64,000 nucleotides of DNA from Octopus vulgaris. Taxonomy: Eukaryota. Positions within the stretch are counted from its first letter, which is position 1; every line of letters begins with the position of its first letter. The notes beneath the pieces are model-generated. The model did no database searches and had not been told where the DNA came from. It worked only from the letters and a program-made list of their open reading frames with translations. Made by a program: the position numbers and the translations under genes. This document shows positions 1 through 13,288 of the stretch, piece after piece. The stretch spans positions 59,954,001 to 60,018,000 of the forward strand of contig OX597827.1 in NCBI GenBank assembly GCA_951406725.2. Reading direction: 5' to 3'.

Positions 1-190
1 GTGTGTGTGTTTGTTTGTTTCCTCCCCCTATCGCTTGACAACCGGTACTGGTGTCATTATGCCCCCGTAACATAGCGATTCGGCAAAAGAGACTGCTAGA
101 ATATGTACTAAGCTTACAGAAAATAAGTCTTGGGGTCAATTTCATTGACTAAAAATCCCTTTCAGCTGGTGGTCCAGCGTGGCCGCAGTC
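1..190 (+). mobile_element. tRNA-derived SINE family S1, 3' half
   Basis: Matches the 3' half of the repeat seen at 8231-8662, 39352-39764 and elsewhere (atcgcttgacaaccg...cggcaaaagagac...ggccgcagtca). Confidence 0.8.
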
Positions 191-391
191 ATATATACAC
201 ACATATATATACACACATATATATATATATACGACGAGCAGTCATATATACACACACATATACACACACATATATACACACACATATATACACACACATA
301 TATATATATATACGACGGGCTTCTTTCAGTATTCTTTTATTCTTTTACCTGTTTCAGTCATATGACTGAAACAAGTAAAAGAATAAAAGAA

Positions 392-441
<50 letters not shown>

Positions 442-444
442 TGT

Positions 445-575
445 AGTTGAAATTTAAAGAAAAACAAAAGACGAGGACTGGTGTATGAACAACAAGCAAG
501 TGTATTAGTTTGACGGTAGGGAAAATGAAGAAGCCTTTTACGTTTCGAGCCTACGCTCTTCAACAGAAAGGAATA
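445..575 (-). mobile_element. Penelope-like/retrozyme-like terminal fragment with variant hammerhead
   Basis: Homologous to about 12600-12730 (+) and 14400-14545 (+); contains the HHR-like motif at 534-571. Confidence 0.55.
534..571 (-). ncRNA. Minimal type I hammerhead-like motif with variant core CUGUUGA
   Basis: Minus strand reads CCUUU-CUGUUGA-A-GAGC(guag)GCUC-GAAAC-GUA-AAAGG: stem I 5 bp, stem II 4 bp, palindromic ACGU in place of stem III. Confidence 0.55.
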
Positions 576-614
576 TATACATATATACATACATGCATAT
601 ATACATATATATAT

Positions 615-659
<45 letters not shown>

Positions 660-1149
660 TGTATATGTATGTTTGTGTATGTATGTGCGTGTGTGTGTGT
701 AGATATATAGATATATATAGACACGCATATATACACATATCATATATGCATGTATTTAATATGCAGAAGTGTATACAGTCACACTTATTTTTATGTGGAC
801 GTAGATGCAATATACGTACATGCATGCGTTCATGCTCCAGCACATAACCCCCCGACTCACACACACACACACAGATTTATACATGTCATATATATCCCAT
901 GTAGTGCCATGAATCAACAACACAAAAAAAAACGACACAGAAAAAAATTATCTAAAACAATACAGGCCTCCAAAAATGATTTTTATAAAATAACATTCGT
1001 TCTAATGAGATTATTTTGCTGAAGGGTTTCAGAAAATAGGTTCGTTAAGAGAATCAGTTGCTCTTCTGACGTCACAAGACAAGCCGCCGTCTTGGACATT
1101 GTGTAAAAATATAACATTCTAATGGTAATATCATATACAGCATTTATTT

Positions 1150-1830
1150 TGGCAGACTGGCGTTGCTGTTGATGTTGATGTTAGTGATGGCAGCGGCGAC
1201 GGCGGTGGTGGTGTTGGTGGTGGTGGTGAAGTTGTTGATGATGGCCGGGGTGTGGTAATGTTGGTGGAGGTGAGCTTGTTAACAACGATGCTGTTGGTGG
1301 TGGTGATGGTGGTGAGGTTGTTGTTGTCAGTGGCACTGGTAGTGGTGGTGGTGGTGGTAGTGATGGTGCAACTGCTGCTTATTATTATTATGATGATGAT
1401 AGTGTGGTAATGGTACTGGAGGTGGTAGTGATGGTTATTGTAGTAGTGTTAGTGATGGCTATGGTCGTGGTAATGGTGGTGGTAATGGTGGTGGTGGTGG
1501 TTGTAGTGGTGTTGGTGGTAGTGGTAGCGGTGGTGGTGGTGGTGGTGGTGCTGGTGGTGCTGGTGCTTGTGCCGGTGCTGGTGGTGGTGGTGATGATGGT
1601 GCCGCTGCTTGTGGTGATGGTGGTGGTGCCGGTGGTGCCGGTGGTGCCCGTGGTGCCCGTGGTGGTGTTGGTGGTGGTGGTGCTGCCGGTGCTGGTGGTG
1701 ATGGTGGTGATGTTTGTGGTGGTGGTGGTGCTGCTGCTGATCTTGGTGGTAGTGGTGATCTTGATGCCACCACAGTAGTTCTTGTCATTTTTTGCTGCCG
1801 TGGTGGTCACCAACACCGTCGTTGCTGTGA
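1150..1830. repeat. Degenerate (GGT)n low-complexity tract
   Basis: Direct inspection; source of the poly-V/T/P pseudo-ORFs. Confidence 0.9.
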
Positions 1831-2003
1831 TCGTTACTGTTTAACTCTCGGTCGACCCAATATTTGAACCGACCCATGATCAATGACTTTCCAACCACGA
1901 CTATCTAGATTAGTTTCTTTCTCATGTAATATGGTAGGTTATGCCATTAGAGAGACTTGGCCTCTATTTATGGTACGTTAACAAACTTAGTAGTAGTAGT
2001 GGT

Positions 2004-2110
<107 letters not shown>

Positions 2111-2332
2111 CTGCAGCAGCAGCAGCAATAGTACGATCAAGGAAATAGATTCAGACACCGTAACTTAAATGATGCAAAAATTTCTCGATTGAATGAAATG
2201 CTTCTCTTTGGGGGGGGGTCGTTTTGTTTTACTTTTTCTTTTTTGGTAGAGAAATAAAATAAAACCCTAACGGTGAGTGTCAGTAGCTAATTTCAAGAAA
2301 TTAACAATTAGCTTCACAAATATATTATACAT

Positions 2333-2504
2333 AGGCATAGGAGTGGCTGTGTGGTAAGTAGCTTGCTTACGAACCACATGGTTCCGGGTTCAGTCCCACA
2401 GCGTGACAACTTGAGCAAGTGTCTTCTACTATAGCCTCGGGCCGACCAAAGCCTTGTAAGTGGATTTGGTAGACGGAAACTGAAAGAAGCCCGTCGTATA
2501 TATG

Positions 2505-2541
<37 letters not shown>

Positions 2542-2602
2542 ATGTTTGTGTGTCTGTGTTTGTCCTCCCCAACATCGCTTGACAACCGATGCTAGTGTGT
2601 TT
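2333..2602 (+). mobile_element. SINE S1, 5' two-thirds
   Basis: Head with A-box-like tggctgtgtggtaa and B-box-like ggttcagtcc, plus internal (TA)/(TG) tract. Confidence 0.85.
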
Positions 2603-2946
2603 CAGTCATTTGACTGCGGCCCTGATGGAGCACCGCCTTTAGTCGAGCACATCGACCCCAGGACTTATTCTTTGTAAGCCTAGTACTTATCCTATCGGTC
2701 TCTTTTGCCGAAAAGCTAATTTACGGAGACGTAAACACACCAGCATCGGTTGTCAAGCGATGTTGGGGGGACAAACACAGACACACAAACACACACACAC
2801 ATATATACACACATATATGTATATACGACGGGCTTCTTTCAGTTTCCGTCTACCAAATCCACTCACAAGGTGTCAAGCAGTGAGACTGAACCAGGAACCA
2901 TGTGGTTGGTAGGCAAGCTACTTAACACACATCCACTCCTGCGCCT
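2598..2946 (-). mobile_element. SINE S1, near full length with internal deletion, fused tail-to-tail to the previous copy
   Basis: Reverse complement of S1 from tgtttcagtcatttgactgcgg to ccactcctgcgcc. Confidence 0.85.
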
Positions 2947-2952
2947 ATGTCA

Positions 2953-3192
2953 TTATGTTTTCAAAGTGGAGACAAGCACCTCCATCCATCAATAAATTGA
3001 TGAGACAGCACAAGACAACATTTTTTGTATGTATTGTCCTATGCTGTCCCATCTATGTATTGATGTTTATGGTCGTGATAAGCCATGCTACTCCATGCTA
3101 CTCCAGACTGATGATGAGCCATGAGTCTGAAACTAGTCTCTGGGTGCTGTCTTTGCTGGGTGGATGTGCTTATCTCCACTTTGAAAACATAA
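2953..3192. mobile_element. 240-bp element bounded by 32-bp inverted repeats and enclosing a hammerhead
   Basis: ttatgttttcaaagtggagacaagcacctcca (2953-2984) matches the reverse complement of 3161-3192 with 2 mismatches. Confidence 0.65.
3103..3143 (+). ncRNA. Minimal type I hammerhead with degenerate stem II
   Basis: CCAGA-CUGAUGA-ugagccaugagucu-GAAAC-UA-GUC-UCUGG: stem I 5 bp, ACUAGU palindrome, GUC site. Confidence 0.7.
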
Positions 3193-3793
3193 GAACGCAG
3201 GAAATGTGTCAAGTCCAACAGAAAACGGTGTTTTCTAGGGATAAATAACAGTAGCATTCTTCCCTTTTATGGGGCTGTCAATTTAAGTTCACAACATACT
3301 ATCACTAAACGAATATTGTTCAATTTTATTTACAGTCTTCTTTTCAAGGCAGGAACTTCTACCTGGTCACTCTGTATGCTTGAAATAGTTGTCAAACAAA
3401 CTACGCGCTATTGCCTTACCAAATAATTAGAGAATATTGTCCTAGAAATACAAATACGACCTCATTAGACGTGGTAGACAAGGATGAGACACCTTTGACT
3501 ATAAGCTTGTTCAACCTGGGCTGTCCTGGAGACGAAGCATCAGAAAAAAATTTTCTGTAGCAGACAATTTGCCAAAGTCGTTAGGGCGTAGAGCAAAATA
3601 TTTTGCGATTTTATTCTGGCTCACCCACTGCGCTGTGAGTTCAAATTCTGCCATGGTCATCTTTAACTTTCATCGTTTCTGGGTCGACAAAATACAGTAG
3701 TGGCCCAGTGCGGGGGATTAGCAGAATTGCTAGCGCATTGAACGGTATTTGTTTCAGCTTTTTCTGGTTTGAGTTTTTGGCTGGAAGAGTCAA

Positions 3794-4032
3794 TATATTG
3801 CTCTGTTTCCTTACAATACTGGGCCCTTGTATTCCTTTAACGGAGGTCATACTCATGCAAGCATTCGGACCATTTTGAGGATAACATCTTCGTCCCCCAC
3901 CCAATCTCCAAAATATATTGCACTGTTTCCTTACAATACTGGGTCCTTGAGTTCCTTTAACGGAGGTCATACTCTTGCAAGCATTCGGACCATTTTGAGG
4001 ATAACTTCTCCGTCCCCCACCAAATCTCGAAA
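3794..4032. repeat. Tandem duplication of a 120-bp unit (2 copies)
   Basis: ctgtttccttacaatactggg at 3803 and 3923; copies differ by a few substitutions. Confidence 0.9.
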
Positions 4033-4511
4033 ACCTTGTACTAGTAAAATTACTAGCATTGTGCCAAAAATTACGAATGGATTTCCTATCAAACTCAAAC
4101 CTCAATCTGACTATGAACATTCATACAGCTGAAGATCAAATTCCCGAAATCTGTGTTGGGCAGTGTTGGACTCAAATGCGAAATCACAGTAACCACGACA
4201 CGAATCTCTCAAGTAGACAGCCATATCGACTAATGTTTGAATTATGCAAATAGGATACTTGCCTTATCTCCTTATGTGATTCCATGAGTCCATGATATAA
4301 GACGAAATGTCCAAGCTATTGTATAGAATTACTTGACTTGGAAGCATGTATTTTTTTAGCTTTTTATAATTTTAGTTTCCTTACATTATATATATATATA
4401 CATTATATATATATATATAATATCCTGTTTCATTTAATTTTCGTTTGTTTTCCTTGTAATTCTTTTTATTTTATTTTGTTTGGTGGCGGTGGGATTTAGT
4501 CGGAGTTATTT

Positions 4512-4617
<106 letters not shown>

Positions 4618-4753
4618 ATCTTTTGTTTATTTCTTTCCTTCTAGATAACTTGGCATTTTTGAAAACTCTGATCATTAATAGTGGAGTTTAAAAGTATCAT
4701 ATGTATAAACACATACAGACACACACAGATACACACATATATATGTATATAAC

Positions 4754-4795
<42 letters not shown>

Positions 4796-5596
4796 ATATA
4801 CATATATATATTTATATATTGTATAGTATATGATATATTTTAGTATGTATTGTTTCTGACTATCGATTATTGGTTATTAGCTGCTCATATTTATTTATAT
4901 GTTTATTTGGAGAAGTGTTGTTGTTGTTGTTGTTGTTGTTGTAGCTGTTGTTGTTCCTTCAGCTGATTATTTTTTGCTTATAAATTTAATAGTGCAAAAG
5001 AACAGTGGCAAAGCCAAAGAGTCAATTTATATCCGGCTAAGGATATAAATTATATATCCGCGGTATTACAGATAAACTGGCTAACGTTAATGTGGTTAAT
5101 GTTTGTTTTGAATTGTTACAGATCAGTGGACGGAAAAAGACGAAGGAGGTTAAAATACGGGTGGGAGTGTGGTTGAGGGGGTGAGAGTGGGGTGAGGGGT
5201 TATTAAGGGTGGTGGCCAGTTCTGGCGAGTGGTTGCTGGTGGTGGTGGTGGTGGTGGTATTGGTTGTGGTGGTGGTGGTAGTATTGGTGGTTTTGTGGTG
5301 GTGGTGGTTGTGGATGTGGGGGAAGTGGTGATGATGGTTGTATTGGTGGTGGTTGTGGTGGTGGTGGTTGTAGTGGTGGTGGTGGTGGTAGTGGTGGTGG
5401 TGGTGGTGGTGGTGGTGGTGGTGGTGGTGGTGGTGGTGGTGGTGGTGGTGGTGGTTGTGGTGGTGGTGGTAGTGGTGGTGGTGGTTGGTTGGTCGGCTGG
5501 TTGGCTGGCTGGCTGGCTGGTTGGTTGTTTGGTTAGCGTTGTGAGTTTGAATTACATTAAAAATAACCTCCACCACAAAGTGGAGATGTTGTGTAC

Positions 5597-5655
<59 letters not shown>

Positions 5656-5806
5656 CAACAACGATGATGATGATGATGATGATGACGTTACCGTTTTCTT
5701 TTGTTTCTGGTTATCCAGATTCCCTTCAGTATTTATATATTATCTTTGCCCGTGCGTGTGCGTTTGTATATTCGTGCGCACGTAGGCTTATAATATGTGT
5801 GTGTAC

Positions 5807-5841
<35 letters not shown>

Positions 5842-6081
5842 AACGTATATACATACACATATATATGTATATATATATATCTATATATATACATACATAT
5901 ATATATATACATATGCATATATATGTATATACATGTGTGCTTATGTATTGATATATATATATATATATATATATATATGGATACATGCGTATAAATGTAG
6001 ACAATATAGACAGATATAGTGATAGATAAATAAACAGATACACAAACAGGAACCAATAACTAAACAAGGAGGCGGTGTAGA

Positions 6082-6135
<54 letters not shown>

Positions 6136-6290
6136 ATTTATAACCACAACATGCACACACATGCACACACACACGCATATATATGTTGTAAGAAGTATGT
6201 AGGTGAGCATGTGTATTGTATGCCTCAATGTGTTTGTGTGTGTGTGTGTGTGTTTGTGTATGTGTGTGTGTAGATATATATATGCGTTTA

Positions 6291-6328
<38 letters not shown>

Positions 6329-7074
6329 AGTGTGTGAATGTATATATGTATGTGTGTAAGTATGTATATATGTATATCGATACTACCCCCTCACCACCGT
6401 TATATGTCCATTGTTTATTGGTATCTGCATGAAAGAGAATGAAAGCCACATTCAAAACATTCCCCAACGCCCTGCACTCCACCTTGTGAAATTTAATTTG
6501 ATAAACAGTGATGTATTCATCAAAGAATGTTTAAAGACAGGCCATCACTGCTGCCACGACTACTGCTATTACTACTAGTGGCAACATTACCACCACAACT
6601 ACTGTGCTACTGATGTTACTGCAACAACAACTACTACTACTACTACTACAACTACTAAGAATAAGAAGATGGAGGAGAAGAAGAAGAAGAAGAAGAAGGA
6701 GAAGAAAAAGGGAAAGAAGAAGAAGAAGAAGAAGAAGAAGAAGAAGAAGAAGAAGAAGAAGATGATGATGATGATGGTGATGAGGATGATGATGATGATG
6801 ATGACGACAACGACGACAACTTTGAAGAAGAAGAAGAAGAAGAAGAAGAAGAAGAAGAAGAAGAAGAAGAAGAAGAAGAAGAAGAAGAAGAAGAAGATGA
6901 TGATGATGAATGAAGAAGAAGAAGAAGAAGAAGAAGAAGAAGAAGAAGAAGAAGAAGAAGAAGAAGAAGAAGAAGAAGAAGAAGAAGAAGAAGAAGAAAT
7001 GAACAAATGACTGAATGGTAATGATAATAATTTGCCTGTTCGGGACAAGATCATCAAGCAGGGAAGAGCCAAGA

Positions 7075-7170
7075 TCCGAAGGCCCTGTTCAATGATGTGG
7101 GGCATCATGGCGTCATCCTCAGTGGAAATACACTCGAAGACCATCACAGTTTGGGTAATTTTATTTTCAT
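7075..7170 (-). pseudogene. Tc1/mariner-superfamily (maT/DD37D-like) transposase fragment
   Basis: Translation VMVFECISTEDDAMMPHIIEQGLRI resembles the VMVWGxISxxG...P..F..G.KIN segment of these transposases; short, recognised by eye. Confidence 0.45.
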
Positions 7171-7367
7171 GATGTCCATATCACGCCTTACAGATTTTGT
7201 CGTGTTCATAGAACAGTGAGCAATAATCATGGTATCGACGCGAATCATCATGATACAGGTAACTCCCTTCCAGTATTTAGATCCCTTCTGGTACCTCTCA
7301 ATGTCAGCTAATTTTTTCAAAACTTTATCTTCATGCTCTCCAACGCCATTGGCTGTTTATCAATATA

Positions 7368-7923
7368 CTAGTACTATGACCCGGCATTGCTGGGTCTGGT
7401 GCTAGTCAAGCATATTTAGTCTTTCATGAAAATCCCGCTCTCTTGTCATTCACTTGGTCTAACTCGTTTAATTATTCCCTGCATTTCTGAAATCAAAAAA
7501 GCGTGCACGTTTGAAAGCCAAAACACATGATAACGCGTCTTCGCAAAATACAAAAATGTGCTGAGTCATACAGACTGTCTGCAAATGCGCACGCACATTC
7601 AACTGTCAAGGGTAACGTTATCTCCGTCCAATCAAAAAACAGCTGGCGGTCTATTGGCATATCTAGCTGTACGCACGCACCGCGCACAAATTTCTGTTTT
7701 AGCGATTTTGAATGGATATGCCCATAACTTAAGGGGTCGGTTTATCGATTTTTTTAATGGATTTCTGGGGTGACTGGAGAAATGAAAAGATCTTCACGAC
7801 CAGACACTTTTGAAAGCCCATAGAAAATGCGAGCCTTTTACGTGAAAAATTGTGGATTTGTATAAAGGACACACACACACACACACAGATACACAGACAT
7901 TGTGCCGCTTATAGATAGAGAGA
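7368..7923 (-). mobile_element. Non-autonomous Helitron
   Basis: Minus strand starts A|TC (7923) and ends CTAG|T (7368), with subterminal hairpin gaccc-ggcattgct-gggtc. Confidence 0.7.
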
Positions 7924-8230
7924 TGATGACTGCGCAAATCATTAGAATCACCTCCGTGCTTTACAGTAGAAGTAAAACCGTTGAAAGCTTCTTTGAGCCC
8001 TCTCCAGGCATAAACTAGCATGTTATTGTTCATTCTTTCTTTCTAATATATGTATATCTCTCCGCTCATTGATAAACCACTTATAGCCATTCTTTGCTAT
8101 GTATGTATGTATGTATGTATGTATGTATGTATGTATGTATGTATGTATGTATGTATGTATGTATGTATGTATGTATTTCTCATGGTGTAGTAGATCGCAA
8201 AAACACAAAATTATAAGTATTAGATAGCAT

Positions 8231-8452
8231 ACTCTTTACTTTTTTACTTGTTTCAGTCATTTAACTGTGGCCATGCTGGAGCACCGCCTTTAGTCGAGCA
8301 AATCGACCCCAGGACTTATTCTTTGTAAGCCTAGTACTTATTCTATCGGTCTCTTTTGCCGAACCGCTAAGTTACGGGGACGTAAACACACCAGCATCGG
8401 TTGTCAAGCGATGTTGGGGGGACAAACACAGACACACAAGCATATACACACG

Positions 8453-8505
<53 letters not shown>

Positions 8506-8662
8506 GACGGGCTTCTTTCAGTTTCCGTCTACCAAATCCACTCACAAGGCTTTGGTCTGCCCGAGGCTATAATAGAAGACACTTGCTCAAGGTGCCACGC
8601 AGTGGGACTGAATCCGGAACCATGTAGTTCGTAAGCAAGCTACTTACCACACAGCCACTCCT
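8231..8662 (-). mobile_element. SINE S1, near full length
   Basis: Reverse complement of the S1 head, central microsatellite and gtaaaagag-like tail. Confidence 0.9.
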
Positions 8663-8894
8663 AAAGCTGCTCATGGGACATGAAACCAATATTTACATAC
8701 TATTACACTGTGTAAGAAAATTTATATTTCATCTATTTATTTATTTTTTTTTTCGTCTTTGATCAGTGTTATTTCCTATTTGCTTTTATTTAGAAATCAA
8801 AGTATCTGACTACTTTTCCCTTCAAACTTTACATTTTCAAACTGACCTATTTTCCATTACATTTCACATAGATTCAGCACTGAGTTGCTGAAGC

Positions 8895-8953
8895 AGAATT
8901 TTCTAGAACTTTCTAGAAATTTGTAAAAGCTACAAGGATTTCCAGAACATTCT
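8895..8953. promoter_or_regulatory. Heat-shock-element-like cluster
   Basis: GAA-tt-TTC-ta-GAA-ct-TTC-ta-GAA (8896-8918, five in-phase nGAAn units) plus TTC-ca-GAA-ca-TTC (8940-8952). Confidence 0.5.
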
Positions 8954-9294
8954 GGCAACATAGATGGCACGATTAATACAGGAATCGTAAGGACAACGGT
9001 TTAGCTGTCTCCATTCGGACTTCTAGCTGTCCGAGTGAAGACAAGTCGTCGTTGATAGCTGCATTCGTCAATGATGGTATCAAGATATTGTAAGCGTCAG
9101 GAGACGAATTTTGCAAGGTCTGTCGCAAATTTATTAAAACATAACAAAAGCAAAGTTTGAAGAATATGTTAACCATTTTTCATACTTTCTAGGGATAACC
9201 AAATAGGAAATAACAGCTGCTACCCAACCACAAAAAATCGTGTTACACGCCTTAAGAGAATTATCTCAAGTTCTCTTGAATTTCTTTTTATTTC

Positions 9295-9480
9295 TTTTAT
9301 TCTTTTACTTTTATTTGTTAGCTCCATGCTGGAGAACCGCCTTTCGTCGAGCAAATTGTAAGCCTAGTACTTATTCTATCGGTCTCTTTTGCCGAACCGC
9401 TAGGCTACGGGAACGTAAGTACACCAGCATCGGTTGTCAAGCGATGTTGGGGGTACAAGAACAGACACAAACATATACAT

Positions 9481-9513
<33 letters not shown>

Positions 9514-9686
9514 CATACATATACGACGGGCTTCATCCAGCTTCCGTCTACCAAATCCACTCATAAGGCTTTGATCAGCCCGAGGCCAAAGAAGAGGACA
9601 CCTACCCAAGGTGTCACGCAGTGGGACTGAACCCAGGACTTTGTGGTTGGTATGTAAGCTACTTACCACACAGCCACGCCTGCGCC
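9295..9686 (-). mobile_element. SINE S1, diverged
   Basis: Reverse complement of S1 ending cagccacgcctgcgcc. Confidence 0.85.
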
Positions 9687-9745
9687 TATAATGTTTATGA
9701 AACTCTTATAACGTCAATAATTTATATATGTACGTGTATATATGA

Positions 9746-9790
<45 letters not shown>

Positions 9791-10182
9791 ACGCACATTC
9801 CAGAAGGTATTTCTGATTTGTTATCATTATAATGTCCCTTTGAATGGGACCGTCAACAACCTGTAACCCATGCTAAGAAAGACCAATCGTTTATATACGA
9901 ATTAAGACCGTGACATTTGCATGAAATACTACATCAAGCTATAATGTCCACCAAGCACTAAGGCGGAACAGATGAAACAAAATGAAGGGAAAACTTACAA
10001 CAAATCTATTGGCTGGTAAAGTTGGATACGGGTTTCGATTCACATTGCCTCTATAAATTTCGTGATGTGTGTGTGTGTGTGTTCCTACCAATCACTAATT
10101 AACCTCATGACACGCACAAAAGCATACATACATCAATACTTGCACACAAACACATACGTATGCTTATATATATATATGCGCG

Positions 10183-10468
10183 TGTGGAGGCCCAGTGGTC
10201 GTAGGATCGCGGTTTCGATTCCTAGACCGGGCGTTGTGAGTGTTTATTGAGCGAAAACACCTAAAGCTCCACGAGGCTCCGGCGGGGGGTGGTGGCGATA
10301 CCTGCTGTACTCCTTCGCCACAGCTTTCTCTCACTCTCTCTTCTGTTGGCCTGCTCGCTTAGCCAGCAGGGTGGCGTCATTTGAAGGCTAAAACAATGCG
10401 AAGCGCATTGTGACCAGCGGTGTGTAGCAATATCTGATAGCCTGGTCGGTCACGGTGATCACGGTGAT
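10183..10468 (+). mobile_element. tRNA-derived SINE family S3 (tail type a)
   Basis: gtggaggcccagtgg...ggtttcgattcc head shared with 41749, 55466 and 62877; ends in (tcacggtga)x2. Confidence 0.8.
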
Positions 10469-10961
10469 ATATATGTGTGTGTCTGTGTAGAGGTGTGGGT
10501 GTAAATGTGTGTGTGTATGCTTGTATAAAAAGAGGGAGGAAGGGTTAAACAGAGAGATAGAGAAAGAGAGGGAGATGTACGTGTATTTATACTCCTGTAC
10601 ATGAATATATATCATGCAAGTATATATAAATATATACACAGATATAAATACCTATTTAAAGGTACTCACATACATGAGTGTGTATATATATGCATGTATA
10701 TATATATATATATATATATATACATGCATATATATGTCTCTGTGTGCACATATATATGTAAGTGTGTTTGTGCATATATGTACTTAAATATATACATATA
10801 CATGTCTACTATTATGTATGTATGCATGTATGTGTGTTTGTGAATATATGTATATATACCTGAATATATACATATATTTGTATGTATATACATATGTACA
10901 TATATATATGTATATATATGTATATATATATATATATACAAATATATATATATATATATAA

Positions 10962-10995
<34 letters not shown>

Positions 10996-11311
10996 ATAAA
11001 TGTGCACTATTATGTATATGTGTTTGTGAATATATGTATATATACTCGGATATATATGTATATATATGCACTATTATGTATATATGTTTGTGTTTGATAT
11101 ATATGTTTATATAGTTGAATATATATGTGTATATATATATATATACTCACATACATGTGCACTTTTGTATATGTATGTATGTGTCTATCTTTCTATGTAT
11201 ATATACACACACACACACACACACATGGACATATAGAATAAAGAATATATATATATATATATAGCGGAGTAATTGCGCTAGTTCACATGTACGAATAGAC
11301 AAACGATGAGA

Positions 11312-11372
<61 letters not shown>

Positions 11373-11683
11373 ATACCAATGCTACAAATATAATATTTAT
11401 TCCAATTTATTCCACCGTTCATCAACTGTTTTCGATCCACTTGCGCTGAATGGTCGGCTGGTTAATTAATAAGATAATTGAATGATTTCGCCAGCCCTCG
11501 CTTACACATGTACCCAACAAACACAACCACCCTCTAGCCGCGGTGCTAAAATGAAATTTCATGGATCTCTTGCAGATCTTTAATGTTAATTCATTAATTC
11601 AATTATCTTTGTATTTTGCAGAGATATTTTAACGCTAGTGGGTGCTTTGCTGTCCGTTTTCTGTCTCACCACATATTTTGCGC

Positions 11684-11742
<59 letters not shown>

Positions 11743-11779
11743 ACACACACACACGGACGTAGGCACGCACGCACATACG

Positions 11780-11810
<31 letters not shown>

Positions 11811-11904
11811 AGATATATATATATATGTATACATATATACGTACATATACATGTATATACACACTAACAGACACACATATATGTATATAGTTATATATAT
11901 ATTC

Positions 11905-12085
11905 TTTTTTATTCTATTATCTTTTTACTTGTTTCAGTCATTTGATTTCGGCCACGCTGGAGTACTGCTTTTAGTCGAACAAATCGACCCTCGGGACTTA
12001 TTCTTTGTAACCCTACTCCTTATTCTGTTGGTTAATTTTGCCGAACCGCTAGTTTACAGGGATATAAACACACCAACGTCGGCTA
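11905..12085 (-). mobile_element. SINE S1, 3' fragment
   Basis: tttacttgtttcagtcatttga...gccgaaccgctagtt. Confidence 0.8.
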
Positions 12086-12121
12086 TCAATCTCTCTCTCA
12101 CTCTCTATATATATATATATC

Positions 12122-12178
<57 letters not shown>

Positions 12179-12618
12179 GGAGAGAGAAAGAGAGAGAGAG
12201 GGAGATAAAACAAGATTCAAATGGTGGATTTACTAGCGATTTACCACACTTACGTATATATATACATGCATACATATATGTGCACACATATACACATATA
12301 TGCATACATACAAATATATAAGTATACATATTCATTATATATATATATATACATATATATCTGTAATATTTTCTTGTATATATAAATATGTATGTGTATA
12401 TATATGTGTGTGTGTGTGTGTGTGTGAGTGCGTGTGTATAATCTATATACATATATACATTATACATATACATATATTTATATATTCATGCATGCACATA
12501 TACATATACAAAAGTAGATATATACATGTGTGTGTATTCAGCCTCTTCTGTGAATCGTTAATCCATACACACTTCTTTTTTTTTTTCGTTTTCTCCCCTT
12601 TTTTTCTTTTCCTTAATC

Positions 12619-12654
12619 CTTTCTGTTGAAAAGCGTAAGCTCGAAACGTTAAAG
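12619..12654 (+). ncRNA. Variant-core hammerhead relic (CUGUUGA)
   Basis: CUUU-CUGUUGA-A-aAGC(guaa)GCUc-GAAAC-GUU-AAAG; first stem II pair is mismatched. Confidence 0.45.
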
Positions 12655-12740
12655 TCTTTTTCATCCTTCCCGAGCGTCAAACTAATACACCTGCTTGTTG
12701 TTCCTTCCCCTGTCGTCTGTAAATCTGAACTATATATATA

Positions 12741-13145
12741 CTAGCAGTATCGCCCGGCGTATATATTTATATATATATATATATATATATATAGTTTTTT
12801 AGAGCTTGTTACTGTTATATCCAAAAACTAGCAAAAAATGCATTAAAAATGGAAAAAAAATGATGGTAAATTTTTTCTTAAATCGTTGATTCATCGTAGA
12901 CATTTTTAGAGAGTTACTTCCCTTATATAATAGCGAAAAAAATGCATTAAAATGGAAAAAAATGATGGTAAATTTTTTTTAAATCGTAGACTCATCGTAG
13001 ACGCGCGCTAATACCCAGAAGGGCTCGATATGAATCACGACTATAAGATATCCGGTTTTGGTTAAACTGCACCGCAAAATGCGGGAGTAGTTAGGAATCT
13101 AAATCGTAGGAGACAGACACACAACTTCTCTTTTATATATAAAGA
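12741..13145 (-). mobile_element. Non-autonomous Helitron (same family as 53561-53961), interrupted by (AT)n
   Basis: Near-identical reverse complement of 53561-53961, with TC and CTAG termini. Confidence 0.8.
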
Positions 13146-13227
13146 TATACGTACTTATATAGGTTTCGAATGTGCATTTTAATTATGTTCTTTTAGACTT
13201 CGCCTGTGTTGCCTCCATAAAAATATC

Positions 13228-13288
<61 letters not shown>

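Noticed and set aside
4120-4160. CTGAAGA...GAAA hammerhead-like words
   Set aside because: No stem II or stem III can be formed.
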